A DNA stretch of 16,141 nt. Origin: an uncultured Deinococcales bacterium. GTDB taxonomy: Bacteria > Deinococcota > Deinococci > Deinococcales > JAAFIG01. The notes below the pieces were generated by a model that ran no database searches, had not been told where the DNA came from, and saw only the letters and a program-made list of their open reading frames with translations. Shown in pieces: positions 8,301 through 14,538 of the stretch. The translations under genes and the position numbers were made by a program. Location: assembly GCA_964244895.1 (NCBI GenBank), contig CAXTKV010000119.1, positions 1-16,141 of the forward strand, read 5' to 3'. Position 1 is the first letter of the stretch. The number at the start of each line of letters is the position of its first letter.

Positions 8301-9579
8301 TGTCGCCACCATCGGTCAACACCAGGCGCAGTTCCGTGCGTCCGGTCACGTCCAGGTTGACGGTCGCGCTGGGTGACGTGCCCAGCAGCTTGCCGGAATC
8401 AAAAAGCTTTGCGCCATCCACAAAGACCTGAAAGTTACCGCTGCCGTTGCCGTAGGTTTCGTCGTCGATACCAACGATGGCTTTGAAGCTCGAGCACAAA
8501 CCGCCCAACGCGTAACGCACGTCCGATAAGGACTGGACGCCTAACCCCTTCGCGTAGCTGGTGCCGCGAATTTTCATGGGTCGCCCATCGCCAGCGGCAG
8601 CTTCGCCGTTCGACTTGTCGCGCTCGAGCGGCCCCCAGCCGTTGCTGACGACGTTCAACGTCAGGTCGCTGAGGTAACGTTCCGTCGCGGCGGGCGGTGG
8701 GCTGGGCGGCGGCACGGCGGTCGTGGTGGTGCTGATCTCCTTGCCGGGGCTCGAGCCGACCGGGTTGATGGCGGTGATCCGGTACGTGTAAGCCGTGCTG
8801 GGGCTCAGGCCTGAATCGTTGTAGCTGGTCGCGCTCAGGTTGCTCGCCACGCCCGAGTACGCGCCGGTGGTTTTGCGCTCGAGCGTGTAGCTGGCGGCGT
8901 TGCTGACGGCGCTCCAGGTCAGGCCCGCGGTGGTCGAACCGGGCGTGACGCTGAAACTGGTCGGGTCGGCGGGTGCGGTCAGCGGGCCGCATTCGACGCG
9001 GGCGTTGGCCCAGTCGGCGTGATCGTTGTACGGGTTATCGCCGCCGTCGGTGACGGTCAGTTTCAGTTGGCTGACGCCGCTCAGGTTGACATCCACGGCC
9101 TTGCCTGCGCTGGTGCCGTTCATCAGGCCGGAGTCAAAGAGTTTCGTGGCATCGCCAAAAACCTGAACAATCACGCTGCCCGCGCCGTGCGTCTCGTCGT
9201 CGATGCCGACAGTGGCCGTGAAGCGCGTGCAACTGCCGCCGAGATCGTAGACGACCTGAGAATTGGCGTGGACACCCAGACCTTTAGCGGCTGTGACACC
9301 GCGCAGACTGATGGTTTTGCCGTCTCCGGCGGCGGCTTCACCGTTGGATTTATCGAGTTCGACTGGTCCCCAGGCGTTGGTGGCCGACACCCACGCCTGG
9401 TCGCTGAGGTAGCCCGAGCTGAGGGCTGCCAGCGCCCTGATGGTGGGCGTGCTCTGCCAGGGTTTCAGACCGTCACGGTATTTGTCCGGTACGGTGGGGC
9501 TTCCTGAACAGGCGATTGCGCCCAGCGCGAGAAGCAGAATCGGTGCGAGCCGAATAGGGTGAAGTTTGACCTCGGGCAT
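5335..9579 (-). CDS. Multidomain lipoprotein: 3x NPCBM/NEW2, 4x fibronectin type III, poly-Pro linkers, and a C-terminal galactose/glyoxal oxidase (AA5-like kelch propeller + DUF1929/Ig) domain
   Basis: ATG 9579 with RBS GAGGGG; lipobox LGAIA-C; NPCBM motifs YLSD..NxWGPxExD..KGLGV..VGIDDE..DHxDW three times; copper-radical motifs LFCAG, RWYPS, RQYHS, SVTHS; C-terminal APAGYYMLFV. Confidence 0.92.
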   Translation of the reverse strand: MPEVKLHPIRLAPILLLALGAIACSGSPTVPDKYRDGLKPWQSTPTIRALAALSSGYLSDQAWVSATNAWGPVELDKSNGEAAAGDGKTISLRGVTAAKGLGVHANSQVVYDLGGSCTRFTATVGIDDETHGAGSVIVQVFGDATKLFDSGLMNGTSAGKAVDVNLSGVSQLKLTVTDGGDNPYNDHADWANARVECGPLTAPADPTSFSVTPGSTTAGLTWSAVSNAASYTLERKTTGAYSGVASNLSATSYNDSGLSPSTAYTYRITAINPVGSSPGKEISTTTTAVPPPSPPPAATERYLSDLTLNVVSNGWGPLERDKSNGEAAAGDGRPMKIRGTSYAKGLGVQSLSDVRYALGGLCSSFKAIVGIDDETYGNGSGNFQVFVDGAKLFDSGKLLGTSPSATVNLDVTGRTELRLVLTDGGDNTHNDHGDWAMARVTCGAAAPADPTTFTATAASSSAINLGWSAVAGATSYTIERKTGAGAYGQIATPAASATTFSDSGLTASTVYTYRIKTVNGSSSAGKEATATTSAATTPPPPPSPTPPPPSPTPPPPAPPPPPAPPPPTPPAPPPSPPPPAATERYLSDLTLNVVSNGWGPLERDTSNGESAGGDGRPIKIRGVSYTKGLGVQSLSDVRYALGGVCSSFKAIVGIDDETYGNGSGNFQVFADGAKLYDSGKVLGTSPSASVNLDVTGRTELRLVLTDGGDNTHNDHGDWAMARVGCNPAPPDTTAFAAISTSSSAINLAWSAVTGATGYTLERKTDTTTYSQIAAPTAGVVIFTDGGLNASQTYTYRLKAVNNGSSSAGREASVTTLAPPPPPPSPTPPPPPPDPPPPDPPPPPPASPPSNPTVLTATPSSSSAISLTWTIVAEATGYTIERKTDTIPYAQIAAPTATSMTDSPLSAGISYTYRIRAVNAAGSSSGLETTASIPPAPPPPPPPPPPPPPPAVCSSGPCKTGQWSAVTPWPVVPIHSILMADGRVMTYDGQGDTRSQVGAYTVVDIWNPSANTHTPADNTSTTLFCAGETQLADGRVFSAGGTAPVNRGVKDTNIFNPNSNLWTIGQPMQYARWYPSVVNAANGEVLVVAGTDENFNVVTQPEIWQSDGTYRKLTNVNVSLDYYPRVHLAPDGRVFFAGAEFNTAFLNTSGAGAWTSSVSRGDGIWRDYGSTAMYDIGKILYVGGGPSTSSALTMDINGAVPVIAPTASLSFGRRQLNATLLADGTVLATGGNSSNTYFTDNSGGAVLSPELWNPATSQWRTLSSMQTPRQYHSTALLLPDGRVMVGGEGFCSTCTTNRYNVEFFSPPYLFNASGGLAARPTIASASQNVTYGSSIAIQTPDAASISKVALVKLGSVTHSFNTGQRYVPLSFTASAGGLTASVSSNPNIAPAGYYMLFVIDSNGVPSVSTMVHVGN
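7094..8700 (-). repeat. Intragenic tandem duplication of an NPCBM+FN3+Pro-linker unit (~849-bp period)
   Basis: Long DNA blocks recur at offset 849, e.g. GTTGCTGACGACGTTCAACGTCAGGTCGCTGAGGTA at 7792 and 8641, and CCCGCGCTGCTCGAGCC at 7157 and 8006. Boundaries are approximate. Confidence 0.9.
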
Positions 9580-9639
9580 CAATACCCCCTCAGGTACTGT
9601 CGGAACCCACAGCCTGTGGTGCTGGTAGGTGTATCCACC

Positions 9640-9690
9640 AACTATTTGTCTCAATAATTAAATTCATATTAACTTTACATTTTCAATTTC
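9640..9690 (-). promoter_or_regulatory. AT-rich promoter region of the oxidase gene
   Basis: Strongly AT-rich patch; minus strand has TTGAAA (9686-9681), 18 nt, TTTAAT (9662-9657). Confidence 0.45.
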
Positions 9691-9709
9691 GATGCGGCTC
9701 GAGCCTCGA

Positions 9710-9747
9710 GAACACTGTCTCAGACGTGAATCCTGAGCGTGCCTGGA
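9710..9747. repeat. Degenerate family A remnant
   Basis: GAACACTGTCTCAGACG resembles the left arm (copy-3 type), and GCGTGCCTGGA resembles the right arm; pairing is largely lost. Confidence 0.35.
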
Positions 9748-9794
9748 TTTGCACAATGCGAATGCCCGAGCCCTGAATTCGACGCGCGGATCAA

Positions 9795-9848
9795 ACACCG
9801 TCCAGCACGCAAGTCTCGAGATTCGAGAAATCACGTGCTGGACGGTGT
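9795..9848. repeat. Dispersed palindromic repeat, family A, copy 4
   Basis: Perfect 15-bp inverted repeat ACACCGTCCAGCACG / CGTGCTGGACGGTGT with a 24-nt loop, 21 nt past the SDR stop. Confidence 0.9.
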
Positions 9849-9869
9849 CGTTCCCAGGTTTCGGTGCGT

Positions 9870-10796
9870 TCAGGCTGGGGACAGGCGCACGGCTGGCTCG
9901 AGCGATTGACCTCGAGCTTCCGCGAGTTCTTCGCAGACCTGCCAGATGCGGCGCTGGATCGTCTCTTTCAGCGCGTCCTTCGGCGGCGATGCGCGGCGGC
10001 TGTTCGTATCAAAGTACGCGCCGTTCACACCCGAAACGTTCGGGCTCGAGGCCAGAAAAATCGATGACTGCGCGGCCCGTTCGGGTTTGGCGTTGCGCGT
10101 CATCATTCGGAACGCGGGCCAGAGCAGGCGCAGCCACACGGGGACAAACTCCGGCGTCATGCTGGCTGACATCTCCGTTGCGGCTGATCCTGGGTAGGCA
10201 ACATTGAGCGTCACGCCATGCCCCGCGAGGCGGCGCGCGAACTCGAGCGACATCGCCACCATCGCGGCTTTCGCGCGCGAGTACGTCTGGAGGCCCAGAA
10301 AGGATTTTTCGGCCTGAAGGTTGCTCAGGTCAATCCGGGCTGGCAGTCCGCCCGTGACGTTGATCACGCGCGCGGGTTGACCCGTCGCGGTTCCGGCGCG
10401 CTCGAGCGGCTCGAGCAGTGCGTGGGTCAGCACGAACGGTGCGAGCACGTTGACCGCGAAGCTCGCCTCGATGCCGTCCGCCGTCAGTCTGCGCTCGCCT
10501 TCCAGCAATCCGACGTTGTTGATCAGCACGTGGAGTGCATCGTGGATCGCCCCGAAATCTCGCGCCAGTTGGTGCGCGCCCTCGACGGTGGACAGGTCAC
10601 TGATCAGGAGGCTGACGCGCTGGTTACCGCTGATCTGGCGGATGTCCTGGATGGCCGCTCCGCCCCTGGTGCGGTCGCGTCCCGTGACCACCACCGATGC
10701 CCCGAGCCCGGCGATGCCGATGGCGGTGGCCTTGCCGATACCGCCCGTGCCGCCCGTCACCAGGACAGTTTTTCCTTCGAGTGTCCAGTCGTTCAT
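9870..10796 (-). CDS. Classical SDR oxidoreductase (retinol dehydrogenase/WWOX-like)
   Basis: ATG 10796 with RBS AGGAGG; TGGTGGIG, NNVG, catalytic YSRAK, GAYF. Confidence 0.93.
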   Translation of the reverse strand: MNDWTLEGKTVLVTGGTGGIGKATAIGIAGLGASVVVTGRDRTRGGAAIQDIRQISGNQRVSLLISDLSTVEGAHQLARDFGAIHDALHVLINNVGLLEGERRLTADGIEASFAVNVLAPFVLTHALLEPLERAGTATGQPARVINVTGGLPARIDLSNLQAEKSFLGLQTYSRAKAAMVAMSLEFARRLAGHGVTLNVAYPGSAATEMSASMTPEFVPVWLRLLWPAFRMMTRNAKPERAAQSSIFLASSPNVSGVNGAYFDTNSRRASPPKDALKETIQRRIWQVCEELAEARGQSLEPAVRLSPA

Positions 10797-10833
10797 GTGG
10801 GTTCCTCCTGGGGTGTTCTTCGCCTCGAGCAAC

Positions 10834-10869
10834 ACCCTAGGATCAAGTACTCTATAAAGTCAAGTACTT
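10834..10869 (-). promoter_or_regulatory. SDR promoter with putative HxlR-family operator
   Basis: Minus strand TTGACT (10863-10858), 18 nt, TAGGGT (10839-10834). The direct repeat TCAAGTACT at 10843 and 10860 overlaps it, each copy containing the palindrome AGTACT. Confidence 0.55.
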
Positions 10870-10901
10870 TGAGATACGCCGTGAAAGGCTAGACTGTCCA
10901 G

Positions 10902-11288
10902 ATGGAATCTCACCCGTGCGGCGACGCCGACCGCCAGCCGTACCACCGCACGCTCTCGTTGCTGCACGAAAAATGGGTGCTGTTCATCGTGGACGCCCTG
11001 CTGGATGGCCCGATCGGTTTCAACGAAATGACGCGACGTGCGGCAATCAACACGACCACGCTCTCGCAGCGTCTGGACCTGCTCGAGCAGCACGGCATCG
11101 TGACCCGAACCGTACACTCCACCATTCCCCCGCGCACCAGCTACGAACTGACCGAACGCGGTCGCGCTTTGCGCGGCGTCCTCGAAGCTATCGCGCGCTG
11201 GACGGAGGCTTATCCGCACGACCCGTCCGTCATGGGCGACTGTGAACCCACCGCGCCCGAATCCCGCCAGTCGCGTCCCACGAAATAA
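10902..11288 (+). CDS. HxlR-family winged helix-turn-helix regulator
   Basis: LLHEKWVLFIV..L..GP..FNE...INTTTLSQRLDLLEQHGIVTR...PPRTSYELTERG; N-terminal Cys; TAGACT 6 nt upstream of the ATG. Confidence 0.93.
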   Translation: MESHPCGDADRQPYHRTLSLLHEKWVLFIVDALLDGPIGFNEMTRRAAINTTTLSQRLDLLEQHGIVTRTVHSTIPPRTSYELTERGRALRGVLEAIARWTEAYPHDPSVMGDCEPTAPESRQSRPTK

Positions 11289-11295
11289 CCGGCTA

Positions 11296-11357
11296 GAGAA
11301 GACCGTCCAGCACGCGGTTCCTCTGGACTCGAGATTCGTGTCCTGGACGGTGTTCTC
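11296..11357. repeat. Dispersed palindromic repeat, family A, copy 5
   Basis: GAGAAGACCGTCCAGCACGCG...CGTGTCCTGGACGGTGTTCTC, imperfect inverted repeat, 7 nt after the HxlR stop. Confidence 0.85.
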
Positions 11358-11580
11358 CGTGCTGATCGGCGGATAGGCGGTACGTCCCGACCTGAGCGCG
11401 ATGCTCAAGCCCCGCGCATTCCGGCCACGCGGGGCGATGGATCGTGCCGCTCGAAGGGACATCCCGAACCTTCCTCAGGTCGCTGCTCCACCCGCCGCGA
11501 CTGAACCCGCGACGGCCATCCATCCCGAGTCATCCTCCCGAGCGTCGCGCCGGGCACGGCTGTAGACTCGAATCTCGGGG

Positions 11581-11605
11581 TAAACTCTACTTAGACCCAG
11601 TTCAA
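11581..11605 (+). promoter_or_regulatory. -10 element (TAAACT) followed by a putative FadR (TetR-type) operator TTAGACCCAGTTCAA
   Basis: 11591-11605 fits TTRNACYNRGTNYAA at every position; this is the Thermus thermophilus FadR consensus as I recall it. It lies upstream of a beta-oxidation gene. Confidence 0.65.
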
Positions 11606-11657
11606 ACGCGCAGCGTTTCCCCGGTCGTGGACGGGAAACACGCCACCAGGAGATAAC

Positions 11658-13958
11658 ATGAAAATTCGCAAAGCCGCTGTGGTCGGTTCCGGCACGATGG
11701 GTGCAGCCGTCGCCGCCCACCTCGCCAACGCCGGAATTCCCGTGCTGATGCTGGATATCGCCGCTGACGGCAAGGATCGCAGCCCTGATCGTGTGCTGGA
11801 TCGCAACGAAATCGCCAAGAAAGGTTTGGAGCGTGCCCTCAAATCCAGACCCGCCGCCTTCATGCACCCATCCCGCGCCAAGCTGATTCAGATCGGCAAC
11901 CTGGATGATGACCTGGGCAAACTGGCCGACGTGGACTGGGTTTTTGAAGCCATCCTCGAGAAGCTCGACGTCAAGCGCGCCTTCTGGGAGAAGGTCGAAG
12001 CCGTGGCCGGGCCGCACACGATCCTCTCCAGCAACTCGAGCGGCATTCCCATGCGAGACCAGATCGAGGGTCGCGGCGAGGCGTTCAGGAGGCGCTTCGT
12101 CGGCACGCACTTCTTCAACCCGCCGCGCTATTTGAAGTTGCTCGAGGTCATCCCCACACCCGACACCGACCCGGACGTGATCCAGACGATTTCTGAATTC
12201 GGCGACAAGGTGCTGGGCAAGGGTGTGGTCGTGGCCAAAGACGTGCCCGGCTTCATCGCCAACCGCATCGGCGTCTGGGGCATGGTGCACACCATCCGCG
12301 ACGCCATCGAACTGGGCTTGAGCCCGGACGTGGTGGACGCCCACATGGGGCCGTTGATCGGGCACGCCTCGAGCGCCAGCTTCCGCACCAACGACCTGTC
12401 CGGGCTGGACATCGGGCTGGCGGTGGCGAAAAACCTGGCCGCCGCGACCGATTTCGATTACGCTCCGCCCGCGATCCTCGAGAAGCTGGTTTCCATGAAC
12501 CGCCTGGGCGAGAAAACGGGCGAGGGATTCTTCAAACGCATTCGAGAAGGCGGCAAGAGCGTGATCCTGAGGCTCAACTACGACACCCTGGACTACGAGG
12601 ATCGCGGCAAGGTGCGCGTCCCCGACGAGATCAGAAACCTGCCCACGCCAGTCGAGCGCATCGAGGCCCTGTTGAAGCTTCAGACCCCGCCCGGCGAACT
12701 GATCCGCCGCGGCGTCTACGGACTGATCTGGTTTTCCGCCATGAACATCCCCGATTGCGCCGACACCGTCCAGGAAATCGACAACGCCCTCAAGTGGGGC
12801 TTTAACTGGGAGATCGGCGCGTTCGATTTGTGCGACGCGCTCGGCCTCGAGAACGTGATCGAGGGCATCCGGGCGCTCGGGCTCGAGGTTCCCACATTCC
12901 TTTCGGACAAACTCGCGTCCGGCACGAAGTTCTACGACGGTCAGAACACCGTGCGGGACGGTGTTCTGGTCATCAAAGATTTGAAAAAAGACGCGACCAG
13001 GATTGTCAAAACCATGCCCGGCGCGAGCCTGGTGGACATCGGTGACGGCGTGGCGCTGCTCGAATGGCACTCCAAGGCCAACGCGCTCGGCGAGGACGCG
13101 GTACGGATGGCGCAATACGCCATCAAGACCGTGCCCGAACACTTCGCTGGATTGGTGATCGGCAACCAGGGTGAGAACTTCAGCGCGGGTGCGAACCTGG
13201 CGGTCGTGCTGATGCAAGCCCAGGACGGCGATTTCGACGAGATCGACATGGGCATCAGGCAATTTCAGAAGATGGTCGCGAGCTTCCGCTACAGCCCCTT
13301 TCCGACGGTCGCCGCGCCGTTCGGGTTGTCGCTCGGCGGCGGGTGCGAGATCCCGCTGCACTGCGATTTCGTGCAGGCGCACAGCGAAACCTACATCGGC
13401 CTGGTCGAGATGGGCGTCGGGTTGATCCCCGCCGGTGGCGGCACGACCGAAATGCTTTTCCGCTTCACCGATGCGCTGCTGCCCGGCGAGGACGCCTTCA
13501 GCGCCGTGCGCAAGGCGTTCGAGCAGATCGCGCTGGCCAGGACATCCACCAGCGCACTCGAGGCAAGAGAACTGGGCTACCTGCGCCCCAGCGACGGCAT
13601 CAGCATGAACCGCGACCGCTTGATCGCCGATGCGAAACGCAAGGTGCTGGACCTGGTGCCCGATTACGTGCAACCCCAACCCCGAGAAATCACCGTCATG
13701 GGCGACGCGGCCTTCGCGAACCTGAAGATCGGCATTCACGGACTGGTGCTTTCCAGACAAGCCAGCCAGTACGACGCGGAACTGGCCACGCACCTGGCCA
13801 GAATCCTTTCCGGCGGCACGATGAACCGCGCCACCACCGTCACCGAGCAGTACCTGCGCGACCTCGAGCGCGAGGCGTTCCTGACGCTGACGGGCAAGAA
13901 GAAAACCCAGGAACGGATCGCGCACACGCTGAAAACTGGCAAGCCGCTCAGGAATTGA
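11658..13958 (+). CDS. fadN: 3-hydroxyacyl-CoA dehydrogenase / enoyl-CoA hydratase fusion (FadN type)
   Basis: RBS AGGAG; GSGTMG, EAILE, SSNSSG, GTHFFNPPRYLKLLE, KDVPGFIANRIG; C-terminal crotonase domain FSAGANL, LGGGCE, YIGLVEMGVGLIPAGGG; ends TGKPLRN. Confidence 0.95.
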   Translation: MKIRKAAVVGSGTMGAAVAAHLANAGIPVLMLDIAADGKDRSPDRVLDRNEIAKKGLERALKSRPAAFMHPSRAKLIQIGNLDDDLGKLADVDWVFEAILEKLDVKRAFWEKVEAVAGPHTILSSNSSGIPMRDQIEGRGEAFRRRFVGTHFFNPPRYLKLLEVIPTPDTDPDVIQTISEFGDKVLGKGVVVAKDVPGFIANRIGVWGMVHTIRDAIELGLSPDVVDAHMGPLIGHASSASFRTNDLSGLDIGLAVAKNLAAATDFDYAPPAILEKLVSMNRLGEKTGEGFFKRIREGGKSVILRLNYDTLDYEDRGKVRVPDEIRNLPTPVERIEALLKLQTPPGELIRRGVYGLIWFSAMNIPDCADTVQEIDNALKWGFNWEIGAFDLCDALGLENVIEGIRALGLEVPTFLSDKLASGTKFYDGQNTVRDGVLVIKDLKKDATRIVKTMPGASLVDIGDGVALLEWHSKANALGEDAVRMAQYAIKTVPEHFAGLVIGNQGENFSAGANLAVVLMQAQDGDFDEIDMGIRQFQKMVASFRYSPFPTVAAPFGLSLGGGCEIPLHCDFVQAHSETYIGLVEMGVGLIPAGGGTTEMLFRFTDALLPGEDAFSAVRKAFEQIALARTSTSALEARELGYLRPSDGISMNRDRLIADAKRKVLDLVPDYVQPQPREITVMGDAAFANLKIGIHGLVLSRQASQYDAELATHLARILSGGTMNRATTVTEQYLRDLEREAFLTLTGKKKTQERIAHTLKTGKPLRN
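12942..12968. repeat. Collapsed family A palindrome inside the fadN coding sequence
   Basis: Perfect 11-bp inverted repeat CAGAACACCGT-gcggg-ACGGTGTTCTG matching the outer arms of family A; it encodes QNTVRDGVL. Confidence 0.6.
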
Positions 13959-13993
13959 AGGCCGCGAACTAGACTCCGGACAGAGGTGAACGC

Positions 13994-14212
13994 ATGACTG
14001 CCGAAACGAAACCCGAAGAGCGAGCCCTCGAGTACATCATCGACGCACAGGGCAACAAGAAATACGTCCTGCTGCCTGTCGAGGAGTACGAAGCGTCGCT
14101 CGAGAAACTCGATGATCTCGAGGATGTCAGGCTGTACGACGAAGCCAAAGCGAACGATGATGGCACGCGCATCTCGCTTGAGGACATGAAACGTCGGCTC
14201 GGGCTCGAGTGA
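13994..14212 (+). CDS. Putative type II antitoxin (RelB-like, acidic)
   Basis: 72 aa, RBS GAGGTG; VLLPVEEYE..LE.LDDLEDVRLYDEAK...ISLEDMKRRLGL; GTGA overlap with the toxin start. Confidence 0.8.
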   Translation: MTAETKPEERALEYIIDAQGNKKYVLLPVEEYEASLEKLDDLEDVRLYDEAKANDDGTRISLEDMKRRLGLE

Positions 14213-14453
14213 ACACGTACACCCTCGAGTTCGGTTCTCGCGTCGAAAAGCTGATGGCGGGTCTTCCAGCAGAGCTTCAACGCCGCTTGCTTGAGCGCAT
14301 GAGTGCGCTCGTCGAGAACCCGTTCGCATCGGGAACAAAAAAGCTCGAGGCTCGAGATGGGTACAGGGTTCGCGTCGGTGATTATCGGTGCACACGAAAG
14401 CTCGAGTCGTAACCATCCTCGCCATCGCCCATCGCAGTCGGGCGTACCGATGA
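14209..14453 (+). pseudogene. RelE/ParE-family toxin, frameshifted
   Basis: The first frame gives ...LVENPF..GTKKL...GYRVRVGDYR, then stops at 14412. The expected C-terminus VHTKARVVTILAIAHRSRAYR* is in the -1 frame (14388-14453). Confidence 0.85.
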
Positions 14454-14455
14454 TG

Positions 14456-14501
14456 AACACCGTCCAGCACGCAAATTATAAATCGTGTGCAGGACGGTGT
14501 T
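14456..14501. repeat. Dispersed palindromic repeat, family A, copy 6
   Basis: AACACCGTCCAGCACGC...GTGTGCAGGACGGTGTT, 2 nt after the toxin's inferred original stop. Confidence 0.88.
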
Positions 14502-14538
14502 TCTCGAGCAGGTTGAAATCCCAAGCTGAGGTATTGAA

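Noticed and set aside
11615..11639. GTTTCCC...GGGAAAC hairpin in the fadN leader as a riboswitch
   Set aside because: Only a 7-bp stem in a short leader, with no recognisable aptamer.
11475..13925. 816-aa minus-strand ORF
   Set aside because: Antisense shadow of fadN caused by high-GC codon bias; no recognisable motifs.
14386..14400. Programmed -1 frameshift producing full-length toxin
   Set aside because: No slippery sequence, and conserved residues would still be missing.
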